NCBI GenBank assembly: GCA_964016885.1
Contig: OZ024741.1
Span: forward strand, 119,474,001 to 119,538,000
DNA length: 64,000 nucleotides
Direction: 5' to 3'
From: Eledone cirrhosa
Taxonomy: Eukaryota
Shown: positions 37,332 to 51,790 of the stretch, piece after piece
How positions within the stretch are numbered: the first letter of the stretch is position 1
How the letters are laid out: the number at the start of each line of letters is the position of its first letter
Translations under genes and position numbers: made by a program
The notes under the pieces: model-generated
What the model saw: only the letters and a program-made list of their open reading frames with translations
Told to the model about the DNA's origin: nothing
Databases searched by the model: none

Positions 37332-40300
37332 TTACCACACTTTCTTTGTTATATATATATATATATATATGCCCTCTCCAGCACCATTCCTTTACTACTC
37401 TCCTCATTGCATTCTGGTAGCTACTCTCTCTACCCCTTATTCATCCCATCCTCACTACCACTTCTTACCCCCTCACATATCTCTTCACCATGATCCACCT
37501 TTCTATTGACCACATCTGCCACACCACTACATTTCCTTTCCCATACACTACTCAGCTACCCTTACCCCTTAATCATACCTTTCTCCCTACATCTATCTCC
37601 ATTGCACCCCCACTATATTGACATAATGACCACATCCCTCACATTACATTACCATACACTAATCAGTCACTTCTACCCTTTACTCATTGCTCTGCCAAAT
37701 CCCCACATACACCTATAACTACCTATTACTCTCCTCAGAGCTAAGAGGGCTCTACAGTTGTGATCAATAACCTCTCTAGTGATGGTGCTACGAAAATGCA
37801 CCTAGTATTCTCCATAAGAGTAGTTGGTAACCTGACAGGCACACCGCTGTGGCAACCATACCTAAAAGAGTCGAGAGGACACTTTAGTTGTGTCAAAGAC
37901 ACAACCTCTCTAGTGTTGTTGATAAACACACCCAGTACACATTGTAAAGTGGACGCTGATAGAAAAGGCATCCAGCCGTATAAAGCTTGCTAAATAAAGG
38001 GTTGGGAGGACCCTTTATTTATGTCAAAGATATAACAGCCTCCCTAGTGCTGGTGATCTACACAATAAAAGCACCAGTACATGCTGTAAAGTGGTTCTTG
38101 TTAGGAAGGGTATCAGCAGTAGAAAGCTTGCCAAACAAGGGGTGAAGAGGACCCTTCAGTTAATGTCATCAGATGTGGCAACTTCTCTGCACTTGATATG
38201 ACCTTACAGGATACAGACAACGGTTCTGTGAGCTTTATAAATGTCAGTCCCGAAAGGTCCGGTGGCGGTTCCAGCACGTTTCCCTCACACTCCTCCTGGG
38301 CAGTGACTTTTCCATCCTGTCGGCAAGGTCAAGGAGGTGGACTGACCCTTTAGTTTCATTTATGGTGATGGCGTGTGTATGTACATATACATATATACAT
38401 ACATACACGAATAAATGCTTTATATAAGCTACTTCCAAGTCTTTTCCTATCGGTTGATAAGTTTGTTCAGTCAACGAAACGTGCGTTCCAGTCTTCGTTG
38501 TAGTAATGGTCCTAATGATATATTAAAACTCGCCCCGGCGCTTCAGTTGCTCTATGCCTTGGATACACACACATAATATACACATATATGTGTGTGAGTG
38601 TTTATGTACACAGATGTGCATGTAAAGCTAAGTTACTTTTTAAAAAAAACACGCTACCCCATTATTTTCATTGATTGCTAAGTGATCTTTCACATTGCTC
38701 CCTTTCAATAAAAGATAGTTAAATTCTCTAAATGAAATGAAGTTTAAAAATGGAGAAAAATACTGGAAAAAAAGGAAAAAAAACTCCCCGCTACCTTAAT
38801 ATGTTACAAATGTTCATTAGCGAAATATATATATAAACGTAAACATTGAAATATAACTTGTGTTTATCCCTGTCCCTCGCAAACTGGGTTGACCCTAAAC
38901 TATAACTAGGTTACTTTTATTGTTATATGAGGTACCATTTCACTTTACTCGTATTGTTGGGAAAGGCATTAACGCCACACACATTACATTCTTGTATATA
39001 AATATACGGTCGAGTGCCTTCCTTATCTATAAATCAATAATGTTGCAAAGCTTACGTAAGAGCGTTTATATATCTTTCAACATTAAATAAATATATATAT
39101 TTCTTTACTCTTTGAAGGAATCATAATTTTCAAATATTTTTAATACACCAGTTAAATTGCCATATAATAATGTTTAAATATATAGATTATTTTGCCAAAC
39201 AATCTATTCTCTTACAATAAATTCATATCACGTGTCTGTTTTTATAAGTCATTATCACTTTCGGTGTTTGTAAAGGAGCAAATAATCACAATTTTCAAAA
39301 TTCGGAAATAGGAATAAAAATATTAAATACCTATAAAATATTATTAATTATTCAATTAAATATTCAGGTAAGTATAACGATAGTTTTGAAATACTTATTT
39401 TCATTTAGTATTTTTCTTTTATTAAAAAAAAACACTTTAACTATAAGATTCAGTGCGGAGCTCTAACGTGAGAAATGTGATCTACATTAGTGTTAAAAGA
39501 AGCTGGTGATTAGTTGCAGAACGTAATTTTTTTTTAAAGCTTTATTTCAACTTTAAACTGGACTACATGTAAGAACTGCCATTCAAGTAATTTCTTTTGA
39601 GATCGCTTTATTTATCATAAGGTACTTTGTGTTCATTTGTTCTGTTTTGTTTGTTTTTAAATCATTTCTCTTCCTCGCCGAGTTTACTTTCGTCCTGAAT
39701 CGAGGACAAACAGAAATAGATTTAATATGGCCGAACAAAAAAATATATGTATATTTGAAGTAGAATATTTTTGTGTGTGAAGTACACTTTTGAAAAAAAA
39801 ACGTTAGTTTCATTTTCATCTTTATCATCTTGACGCACCTTTTATATATTATTTCTGAATTCATACCGACGTAGACAACGGCTAGTTTTCTCCACAAGTT
39901 CGCTCTAGTGGTTATATCTTAATATGGCTGATAACTATATATACACTTTCATATTCATATATTTATTTTTAAAGGTAAACCATCGTCCGTCTTGTTTAAA
40001 TAATTTTAATGAAGACGTTTACTGAAATTATCATTTATTTAGTGTAAACTATTTCAGCTTTTAGGTTGTCCATTTGTGTATCTGTTGGATATTCTGTTAG
40101 ATCCAATATTGAATGAAGAGAGACAGAGGCTTGTAACGCCATTTTGCTTTCTCGAGCCCGTTTTTTTTTTTTTTACAAAGGATTTTAGTTTGAAATAAAT
40201 AGCACGTGTTGGCAATAAAATATTTCCCGGTTCGTTCCTAGCTGTAAAAAAATAAATTAGTTTTAAAAATAACAAGCAAACTACAGCCACAAAACGCTAC

Positions 40301-43300
40301 TGTCTATTGCTTGTTTAATCTGTTTACTGTAACTTCTCTTTCTGCGGACATAGATAAATTTTCGTGAAATGCTCCCATCACAACCTACTGTTAGGTTTAT
40401 GAATTATATGTATATTAAAGAGTTAACTTTACAATACCACGTCTACTTTCCAAAGTACTTAGCTGAACACTGGTCTTACTAGTCTAAACTGGCAATATAT
40501 ATATATATAAACAGTTTTGGGATGGATTCTTTTTCTCAGAAAATAGTAATAATCGTTTGTGAAAAATTAAAAGAAAAAATACTGAACTTAGGTTTTTATG
40601 TATTATAAATGAATGAACATTTTTTTTCGTTTTGATGGATTTATGGCGCCATATAAGTGCTTTATAAAAATAATCTTTGCAATTCTTTCTACTTCACCTT
40701 GTGTTTATCTTTTGTCAATTTTATATTAGTTGTTTGAAAAAATGAACATAAAATGTTAATTCTTTAAACACTATTATAAGAATATATATATATAAACAAC
40801 TCATTCTATATATATAAATATAGAACGAGGTGTTTTAATTTATGCCAAATACCATAAAAAAGGTAATTTATTTAGAAGTTGAATTTGCATTATTGTATTT
40901 ATATGAATTTGATTTACAAAAGAAACACATTAGTAGATTAATCAGGAAAAAAGTGGAATATGTTTAGAAAACACACACTAATTTAAGCAGAAACCATCTT
41001 TCAAAATGTGATATTTAAAAATATATATAATATTGCAGTGTTAGTGCTTATAATTGCTTTCTTGTGGCTATCCGTACGGAATTTAATTCCGTATGGTATC
41101 TTTAGAGCTATATGAAATTTGAATTTAGATAAAAATGGAACACATGAAAAAAAAAAATGGATATAAATCTAAAAGCTTATATGATTTATAAAAAAAATAT
41201 CAGCTGAAAAATCAGTTCAGATATAATTTTATATCGAATGTATATTGTTTATTACGAGAATGGCACAGCTAGAATAATTTAATTAATGAATATTTTTAAA
41301 ATAAAAATTTGCAGTTACGTTTTCGAAAGTGTAGACTACGATTATGTGGATGAAATAAATAATAGAGAACATTTTTTCTCAATAATTGTATAAATGTCAT
41401 TGCGTTCCTGGATAAAATCTGACATTAAATTGATTGGTATTTATTATCACCATGAAAAGTGGATGGCGTAATGAAAAAAATCCGGGCTTGCGTTTATACA
41501 AACACAAGTTGAAAGTATTCAGTAAATGAAGCATTAACGAACGGATCTATGCAATGAAAATATTTCGTCTCGTGTTCTGGTAGAAATTTTTTTCCCGTGT
41601 TTTCTCAACGATTTTGACCTCTAAACCCGTCGGAAATGATCAGATATCGGAGTGGGAAAGTGGTGAAGCTTGGTGTTTCCCATCCTCGGATATTTCATTA
41701 CAATCATTTCAACGTTTTTTTAAAGAATATTTTGAACAAATCTGACCTTCAAAACCGTTTGAAATTATTCGATTTTTAGTTACGTATGGGTAGAGTAGCA
41801 CTCGCTATTTTCTTCACCCTAATCTTATGACTGACAGGTGTCATTGACTTGTTTATTCAATTTGAAATCACTTTTTTAATTATATGAATATCAATCAGTA
41901 TAGCTTCGTGTCAAATAAGGGGATTTAAATTTAAAAAAAAAGTAATTTCCGACGGTTTTGGAAATCAGATTTATTGAAAACATCCCCAAAATAAAAAAGT
42001 GTGGAGGGGTTTCTACCCGAACCCGAGACTGGTGTTTACGTAAAAAAAATTACAAAATATAAAAAAAAATGTTCATCAACATATACATCATAAAAAACAT
42101 CTGCAAAATTCCATTAAGAAAGTTGAGTACTGCATTAAACTGCAGTTATAATGTTAATGCATGATTTCCAGATGATATTTACTTTTAATAAACTATTTTA
42201 TATTAATTAGCCTATTATTACTGTGCATCATATGATTTGTAATCTTGAGCTATTCAAATATTGTTCGAGATTCGACGGTTACTAATAAATATACAGAGCG
42301 AAGACACGTGGTTTAGTGGTTAGTGTTGGATTTAGAATCATAAGGCTGTGTGTTAGATTCCTCGACCGAGCAAAACACGTTGCTTTTCATGATAGGATTA
42401 TCCGAGAAATTTATGAAATATTACTTTGTAAGAGGCCAGCCAAACATAGGTAGGAGCTGTAACTTTTCCTTTTTTTTTTTTTTACTAATAAATATATTAC
42501 ACACATGGTCTACTGTTGGCTGTCACTGCTTTACTGAGGATTTTTAATATCTTAAGTATGGTCACTTGGTACTCGGTAAGGATAATTATAAGTAGATTCA
42601 TACCAAGGTAGAGATGGTTCTCTTCTGAGTATCGGTGCCTTCCAGATAGGCATCAATACGAGAAGCAATAGTTAAACTTGAGCGGGTGGTCGGCCCACTC
42701 CTCGAGCATTGATTTAAAAATGTTGACTGACGTTGATCGCACATGCAGAAAAAAAGTGGTTCCTTGGAGTTGGTTGGTGCTACACCTGGAGCTTCCTGTT
42801 GTGTCCTGCTGAGTGACTCTGAACAGTGGATTGCCGCAGATGGGACACCTAATGTAACGAATTAAGCTAAATTACTGAACGTTGAAAACGTTCTTTCATT
42901 TTAAATGTCATAGAAAAGAGATTCGACAATCTCCGTACATAATTTCATAACCTATACCAACACGATAGAAAGGATGTGGAGCAGAATAATAACAAAAAAA
43001 AAAAAAAAAGGGAAAATATCACAACATGCATGCGGTATCAAATCTCTTTTCCATGTACAATTTTGCTGGCGTCGTTCTCAACAACAGAACATGTTCATGT
43101 ATTTTATGAATTGCATTAGACATTAATTATTATCAAACTTAATTTCATCATTTTGCATTCATTTAATTCAATGACATTTATAATTCGCAATCATTTTTTT
43201 TTACTAATAAATCATTTGTACATTAGATATACCGTAGTTTGATTTAATTGTCCGACTGTACGGAGGCTATCGAATTTCTGTGATATTTAAAACGAGAGAA

Positions 43301-44338
43301 CGCCATGAAAACAAATACATGTAAAAAAAAAAAAAAAAAAAAATTAGTGGAGGCAATTCAATGAAACTTGAAAGTCTTCTTCCTCGTATTGTTGCACTAA
43401 TTTATTGGTGGGCAAGCCCTGAAACTAGTGTGTTGTGAAAGGAGCAGATCGGTATCGGAAAATTGACTGCCATTTTATATACCTAAAGCAAAACATCTAA
43501 AAAGATTAAATTCCAGAAATTTTTTATATATTTCTGTCATTTATCATTTAAATATCATTTCTCGTAATTAAAATTTTTTCGAATACTTTAATTCATTCAC
43601 AATTCCTAACATTGTCCTCGTGTTCTAACGGTAGTTTTGGTTTTTCTTTTTAAATGGGTTGTGATGATCATATTTATTGTATTTATCTTTCAAAGAAGTA
43701 TTTATTTGTTCCTTAAAAATTACAATATGGTTGTCAAGAAATTTATTGGATTTTTGTACTATTTTAAGGCGTCTTCAAAACAAATAACAAATTAGACATA
43801 AAACTACATCAATTCACTTTCATTTTTCAACGTACAGAAAAGAAACCGTAATTGTTTCGTTCGGTGGCTGGCGAAGATTTTTTTTTTTCTGGCGCTGTGA
43901 TTCATTTGTTTATTATTTTTGACATCATTAAATGAATATTATTTTGACCTCACAATGTGGCTGTTGGTTACAATTTTAGTTACGCCGCTTTCCTCTATTT
44001 TTACTACGGAGACAATAAACAAAGTGAAGTAATATATTTAAGGATCACTTAAGAGCTGGTTAAGATTATTTCAATCTATGACGTTCTCGTTAAGCCATAA
44101 AAATTGCGACCATAGTCCTATTTTAATGTTCTATTAAAGTGAAATTTCCAGACGAAAAATCGAAAACCAAATGTAAACGCAAACGACGGAATGGAATTTT
44201 TGTATATATGCTGCGACAAGTGAAAATCGTAGGTAAAATAGAAAAACACACTGTTAAATGTAATGGATGGCAATTGTAGTTACAGAATATATTTAACCGA
44301 AAGTTATTGTAGGAAATAAGATTCGCAAGAATGGAAGA

Positions 44339-44371
<33 letters not shown>

Positions 44372-46481
44372 ATGAGCACATTTCCTTATTTCCACAGAAA
44401 CAAAGTATTTTCAATTTCATATCGTTAATGGAACCTCCAAATAAGACTATGTTGCACAGTGGCTTTGTTCCATCAAGTACAATCTATATCTATATCCGTG
44501 AGAATTCTTAAATCTGCTACTAAAAAAGTTTCTTAGCAGGAGTTTAGTTTATTCACATCACTGTGTGCTATTGAAAAGAGAGCAAAGGTGTCTTCAGATT
44601 GTCTTGTTTTGTGGGGTCATCAATTTATGAACATCTAATTCGGTTTCATAAAAACATCTGCCTCTTGAGCAGTTGGCATTGTTAAAAATCTAGCTTCATG
44701 TTCTGAGGCTAGATAGGTCAGATGAGTATCTTGCTCATAGGTTATATATATATATATATTAGAAAAAACGAGGAAATTCGTTGACATGAAAAATATTGCG
44801 TATCGACCTGTTACGCATGTTTCACAGAGTATTGGCTCTAGGTAACCAAACTATATATACACACATACTCATACAACATACTTTGAATTATATATTATTA
44901 AGATTGACAATTTGCAAAAGTATAAATTTTTAAAGGAAATTGGATAATAATAAAAATGGATTCCTTTTGTGTAATGTAATTGAGTGTTTGTTATTGCTCC
45001 AATTTCTTTTGTAAATTGTTTCTTTTAATGATAAATAAGAATTGAAAAAGATTTTGCATTCGTGTCTACAGAATAACTGAACTCGCATCTGTTACCTAGG
45101 TGGTTTTGACTATGGAATATTGCATATCTAAAATAATTATGTTCTATCTGCAGAGTAGGGCATCTCCAATTGGTCCATATAGACTTCTAGGGATGAATAA
45201 AAACTTAGAGGTCCTCATAGGGTGAATTTACTAGTTTGCATTTATTAACTCCTTTACAATTGGAGGACAAAAATCACTGGATCATGTCGGCTGGGTGCCA
45301 GATATACACCTAGCATAAGGTCTGATTGGGTGTAATGGTCACTAGTGATTTGTCATATACAAACAATCTGTTCTAAACAAACGGGCCATTTAAATGAACG
45401 ATTAATTTGTTTGGTGTAAATAGCAATTTGTGTTGCAAGGAATCTGTCAAGTAAAAAGTTTGAAACGTCTTGAAACCATACCAATTATTATGAATTCACA
45501 AACTGGATTTGATGGTCATACCTTTCACATATATTGTGTGTGTGTGTGGAAAGAAGTTTGTTTCGCAACCCCATAGTTTTGGGCCTGGTCCAGTTGGTAA
45601 CACCTTGGAAACGTGTCTTCTATTAGATTTGGTTGGCCAATGCCTTGATTGAAATTTGGAGGACTGAATTATATATATATATATATAGTAAATGAGTGAA
45701 GAATAACATGGATTGGCTGTACAATAGGATTTATTCAAAGTAACTTAAATATGTATATATATGGCAGTTTCCATCCTCCAAATTTCAATATATATATATG
45801 CACACATATACACACATCTTATACCATTTAATGGTCTGTCGTTTATATCAAATAACTTTGCGGTTCAACAAATAGAAGTCTATAGTACTGTGGTTTATAT
45901 GAGCAGTTAAATTCTTGGGTATGGGAGGGTCATGACTGCAGTGGCTTTTATCATGCAATAAAATTAAAGTAACCTCAACACAGTCAGTTGACCTAGAAAT
46001 GATTGCCAAAGCTCAAATCATATCAGACTCTACCACCTTCAAAAGTGAAGGATAAGTTAGGTACTGTAGTCTCTGGTATGTGACTAGATAGTCACTGTTG
46101 GAAGTCTTTCATCATAGGTCTTCTTGGTTAAGGCTGACTTTGAACTAAACAACTGTTTCCAGCCACCAAGGAATCCTTTATGTCAGTAATGCTCAACTTT
46201 TTGATTTGATGTATTTCATTTACCTCCTATTTCCTGTTCAGAAAACACTAAATAATTGCTATATATAAAAGTCCATGTCACTGTCAAAAGATACCGTTAT
46301 CATAGCACGTTAGCACTTTCAATTGCTAAATACTAATACTGTTATTGAAGATTCAACATTGGTGGTGCAACTTTTTAAATGATGTAAGTCATACTTAACT
46401 TAAAATAAGGTCATTCTTGATTCTAAAACGGGTTTCCCAGTAACATTTAGGGCCTTGTTCCCGAAATGCTATTGTCTTTAC

Positions 46482-46626
46482 CAGGCATAGGCAACCTTTT
46501 TCAAGCAGTGGGCTGCATAGGATGTGGTTCATCATAAGGCGGGCTGCACTATTAAAAATTCAAGGTAATTTTGAAATTAGGCATGCCATTCAGAAAGCCA
46601 AACGGGCTGCAGTTTTCCCATGACTG
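46482..46626. mobile_element. hAT (Charlie-like) MITE, 145 bp
   Basis: CAGGCATAGGCAAC ... GTTTTCCCATGACTG; 8-bp flanks gtctttac / gtctagac (NTCTAGAN-type target). Confidence 0.8.
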
Positions 46627-49410
46627 GTCTAGACCACAGTTCTCATACACATACACTTAACTTTATTGATGGGTGTAGATGAATAACTGATGGGGTAGCA
46701 GAACATTATGTAGGCAATCTTGGTATCATTTTCAAACAAATGAATACTAGCAGTAAAAACAGTTGTATATAAATTGCAAAGCAAAAAATTAGGAATGGAT
46801 GGGTGGGTATAAATTCAACTTCAGTACTTGACTGGTACTTTGACCCGGGAATGATGAAAAACAAGATGAACTCTGTACATGAAGAACTGGAACAATGTTC
46901 TAATGATAAGAATTTTAAACAAAGGAAGGAAATATTGTTTGCATATAGCAAGGAGTGGCCAGTTATATATAGTTTACAGCAAATCTATGAAATAACAGAA
47001 CGCTGTATTCAAAGATAGCTCATTGTCAAAGCATGATTTTCCACCTCAATCCATGGTTAATTTACAATTGGATATGTCACTTTTGCTATATGGATCTCCT
47101 CTTCATCTTCTACCAAGTACATCTTTTGTTTCTCCAAATTCCTCTGTACTGCACTACATATTTCAATTGAGAGACTTCTTTATAGCCGTATCTCTTTTTT
47201 TCTTTTTTACCCTCCTGATGAAGAATTCGTCTGATTTGATTAATGCTATCTGGCACAGTGTAGGCATATTAAAGCCATACTATTAAGATTATTTAAGTCA
47301 CAATGTCCTGTAATGATTTAACAGAAGATATCTAAAAACGGGTATCATCATTTCATTTTACGTCTGCTTTTTCCCTGCTTGCAAGGGTGGTACGGGAACT
47401 GATTCTGGCTTGATTTCTACAGCTGGATGCCCTTCCTAACACCAACCTCATTTACAGTGAGTGCTGGGTGCTTTTTTGCCGTGGCACCTCCACGACCACT
47501 TTGCAGTGGAATGATAAGGACCGCAGTCCCTATCATCTCATTTCTACAGCTGAGTAAACTGGAGCAATGTGAAATAAAGTGTCTTGCTCAAGGAAACAAC
47601 ACATCACCCGGTCTGAGAATTGAACTCACGACCTTTCGATTGCAAGGCCAATGCTCTAACCACTAAGCCATGTGCCTCCATTGTATGTTAATTCAAATGT
47701 TTATAAGCTTATTGTTGTGAGAATGTGCATACAATTATAGTGTTCTTAAGTCCTTTTTAAATGAGGTAGAGGAGGTTAGGAGTTAAAGCAATTATCAGAC
47801 TGTCTACTTGAAAAACCTGATGTAATTTTTAAATATTAACCTGAAAAATAAAAATTTTCTATAACTTAATTTGTCAGTCATAAACTTGAAATAATTACAA
47901 TTTTCAAAACGCATCTTATGATCTTTAGAACGTAGACATGCTTAGCCATGAGAACATTGATAAAAGTTAAATTTCAGATAGATTTGACAATTTGTGCTTG
48001 GTACTTTGGGATTGCTTGAAGCATCTGGTTAGATAGCACTTAATACTAAATGTGGTTAAGCTTCTGAACAATTTGTAAATTTCTATAGAAAAATTGAGTG
48101 TTAGATAAGAGCATAAGATTTTTGGGTGATTGGGTTAGAGTTGATGGAAGCTGAGTTATGAAAGAAAGACATGTGAGGGCATTAGTCCCAAATTTTATGC
48201 ATTATCAGTTAACATGTGTGCACTAGGTTGCTGGTTTTGATTTCAAATTTCTAGGCCATTACCTTGCTATTTAGAGTTAAAATGCTACAAGGAATAAAAT
48301 TTAATGTTCATTTGTACTTGCAAAAAGTGTCTTGTGTACATCTAAGCAAAAACCATCTTTTTTGAGTACAGGAAGCTCATTCATCTGCTGCAAGAAAGGA
48401 ATTTATCGAATTCCTTTAAATAAATTTCCATAAATCAGAATTTCTTCATTTTCAGATTTAACCTTCTCAGACTTGGGCCCCTGTGCCTAACTCTACCCTC
48501 CACCTGTGCTCTTAAGCCAAAAAATAGTTGCATACACAGCTCAAGAGTAATGATTGCAGGCAAACTAATGGACAGAATCAACACAAGGCATAGTAAATGT
48601 GTCTACCCACCCTCCATCTAGATTTACATAATCTCTACCACCCCTATCAGTATCAGCTGAATTTGTTCACCTGAATTGCTATTTTCTTCACCACTTTCAC
48701 AAGTTTCCTTGCTTGAATCATTCTCGCTGTCTGCATAAGGGTGTACTTGTTTAAATTCTTGCTAACCTTTGGCCATAGAATATATCAATAATTTCCTCAA
48801 CTGTAGTGTCTGGGCCTTATTGGTTTCCTCACACGTTTGTACAAATTCCCAATAACTTTTTATGAGATCAGTTTTGATATCCTAATCTTCATAAATTCAA
48901 CTTGATATGGTTTTGTGATATTTATACATTATCATCATCAGTTTTTTTTCACTTTGACACGGGTAGCATGAGATGAGGTAGAATTTTACAGCCAGATGCC
49001 CTTCTTGGTGCCAACCATTTCAAGTTGCCTCTTACAACCCTGTACCTATTCTGACCTAGACACATGCAAACACACAATGGACTTCTTACAGTTTCCATCT
49101 TCCAAATTCTCTCAAGGTATTATTTGAACTGGGGCTATAATAGAAAGACACATGCCAAAGGTGCCATGCACTAGGATAGAACGTATAACTATATAAAACT
49201 CAGCCATGTGTATATATACTTTATATAAATATACATGCATACATGCACTTCTGAGAGATATGAATAAAAACAGTAATTTGGTATCTTCAGAAAACTCAAC
49301 ACCAAAGAAAACACAGCAATCCTTAATACAGTTATAATTTCAAGAAAAGAAAACATGAACTAGAATACAACACAAAGTCAGTAATTTTTCTAAAGAAACA
49401 AATATATATT

Positions 49411-49620
49411 GATTTCTACTTTAGGCACAAGACCAGTAATTTTGGGGGAGGAGAAAGTCGATTAAATCGACCCCAGTAAGTTACTGGTGCTTTATTTTAT
49501 CGACCCCATAAGGATGAAAGGCAAAGTTAACCTCAGCAGGATTTGAACTCAGACCGTAAAGGGCCGTAACTCTATGCTGCAAAGCATGATGTTTGACTGT
49601 ATACCGATACTGACAATCCA
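49411..49620 (-). mobile_element. tRNA-derived SINE
   Basis: Reverse complement of the 28960 family. Confidence 0.85.
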
Positions 49621-49679
49621 CGAAGATAGTAAAGGTTATATAAGCTTCTTGATTATGTATTTCCTTGTGGTTGTATACA

Positions 49680-49726
49680 TGCCTTCTGATGAAAACCCAT
49701 TTAGGATTGAAAACTGATTAAAAGTA
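49680..49726 (+). ncRNA. Minimal type I hammerhead-ribozyme-like motif, decayed stems
   Basis: tgcctt CTGATGA aaacccatttaggatt GAAA actgat TA aaagta. Confidence 0.4.
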
Positions 49727-49902
49727 TTTATCCCCCCTCCCCTCCAGGGAAATGTGTATTTGGCATGTTTACATGTCTATATACTAAAACAAAAAAGAAA
49801 AATTTATATATGCATTTAGTCTTGGTTACTTCTATTCTGTATATATATATATATAATTTTGTTTATCGTGAACTCGTGCGCCGATTTTTCGATACTCGAT
49901 CA

Positions 49903-49933
<31 letters not shown>

Positions 49934-49934
<1 letters not shown>

Positions 49935-50082
49935 AAGAACCAGATGGACCATAACGCACCAAAGCACTCAAACTTAGGGTAGTAGAGTGGGTAATAGGAA
50001 CAAGTATGACCCCGACGGCAGAGCTCAAGCTGTTTCGTCAAAACGGCTTGAGCTCTGCCGTCTGGGTCATACTTGTTCCTAT
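49934..50082. mobile_element. Fold-back element with a 42-bp hairpin in (TA)n, Penelope-like
   Basis: Arms 49994-50035 / 50041-50082, 5-nt loop; GAAAC-stem-GTC hammerhead 3' half on the minus strand. Confidence 0.6.
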
Positions 50083-50549
50083 ATACACACACACACACAG
50101 GATGCCCCCCCCCCCCCCAAAAAAAATGTATACACTTCAACACCATTCTAATCAGTGTGTGTATATATAAACTTTGGCTGCTTAGTGCACAAATTAGTAT
50201 ATTTAAGATAGTATTATTTGATTGATGGTCTTGGAATATAATTTACTGAATTATCTATAAAATAAATTAAATATAAATATAACTAGAGATTTTAGTTACA
50301 TGCTTCACTGAATTTAAACAAGTGTGAACACATTTTTCTTTTTCTATCCAGAAAAACAAGATTTCTTTGTTTTAAAGCTAGTTGGCTTTCATCAGAAGAC
50401 AAGTAACCCACTGCTTTCATACAGAATGAATTGATAAGTCACAGTTTATGTCATGTGCAAGTTAGAACTTAACTGGAATGGCCAGTCTAATATGCATTAT
50501 GCACATTTATTTGGTAACAAGATTAGATAATATTAGAATGATGGGGATT

Positions 50550-51790
50550 AAAGGTTTTTGCAGGCAGTCTCCAACAGTAAGCTGACACATTTTGGGATGG
50601 TGCCACCATTGCTGTATTCTGTCATTGAATGTCAACAGTTGTAGTAGGGTTGCCAACTAAGAAAACTGCAAAAAATTAATTAGGACAGACGTGTCTTGGA
50701 TTTCATAGGCAGAAAATTGATGTATACTATGTGCAAATTCAGAAGTCTGCTACCTGGAACAGAATTTTTTAGGCAAGCAGTTTGAATGGCTATAGCACTG
50801 ACACACCCAACTTGATTTAGTGTTGCCAAAGAAATTGAAGTTTCACTTAAAATGTAAGTCTACACCATTTAGAAAGATGTGAACAAGGAGGGGGTTCCAG
50901 AGGGCTGATGTTATTTGGGGGTATTGAACACAATCAGAGGAAATGGGAGGTGAGTGAGACCGTAGTAGCCTGAGGATAGTCAGCTCCATGGAGCAGTAAC
51001 CATTTAGAAGAAACAGGACATTTGTGGACCAGAGTCTGTGAGTGTCATTGTGCCAACCGGCTATTTTCTTCCTGTAATCTGATGACAGTGTAATGTGGTT
51101 GCTAGCAGGCCATTGTTGTAGAGAAAGAAGAGTGTTGGGGACAAAACCAAACCCATTGGCTCATCAGAATTAATAGGGTGTAGGCCAAATAGATTACTAT
51201 CAGCTCATATCACAATTGTGCAATCTGATGGGGAGCTACTAGTTGAAGATATAGCAGATGGATCAAGCCTGCAGGCAATTTTGAGAAATTTACATGCAAG
51301 AAAGACATGGCTGAAAAATGGTGGACAATATATATATATATATAGATTCAAGGTGTTGGGGAAGTTTTTATTTGTGTGTGTGATAGGCTGATAGTTGGAA
51401 TGGTCAAAGGAATGAAACTCATCATAGTGTGTTTTCAAAGATTAGAGTATATCCTAGTGGAGAAGAATGTAAAGTTTAGTGAGTCTGAGCGGGATATTAT
51501 CACAACCTGTGGCCTTTTTTTTTTAAGCAGCCAGAAGTACTTTTTTACTCTGTGTGTGTATGGAGGGTGTGGAAGGAAATAGATTTGGAGGAGCGCTGGC
51601 AGTGAAGGAAGATGTCTTCACGGGACTACTTTTCACAGAAAGAAGGGAAGAGGGATTCTGCAAATGGTTGGAAATTCTTTTGACAAGAGAGGAAAAGGAT
51701 CAACTGCAGATTGGGTTGTCAGAACTTTTGTGGTCCAGATATTTGTCTTGCAAGAATCATGGTGCTGAGTAAATGCTGTTGAGTTTTGGA
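50550..51790 (-). mobile_element. Ancient APE-type LINE RT remnant (CR1/L2 group, clade uncertain)
   Basis: Traces DHSNYQPI and VP.GS-like motifs; heavily decayed. Confidence 0.4.

Noticed and set aside
39899-39912. CTCF-like motif (ccactagagcgaa)
   Set aside because: Partial match only; expected by chance.
42590-42870. Possible Gypsy gag/protease remnant on the minus strand
   Set aside because: Only vague motif resemblance across frameshifts; cannot be supported without a search.
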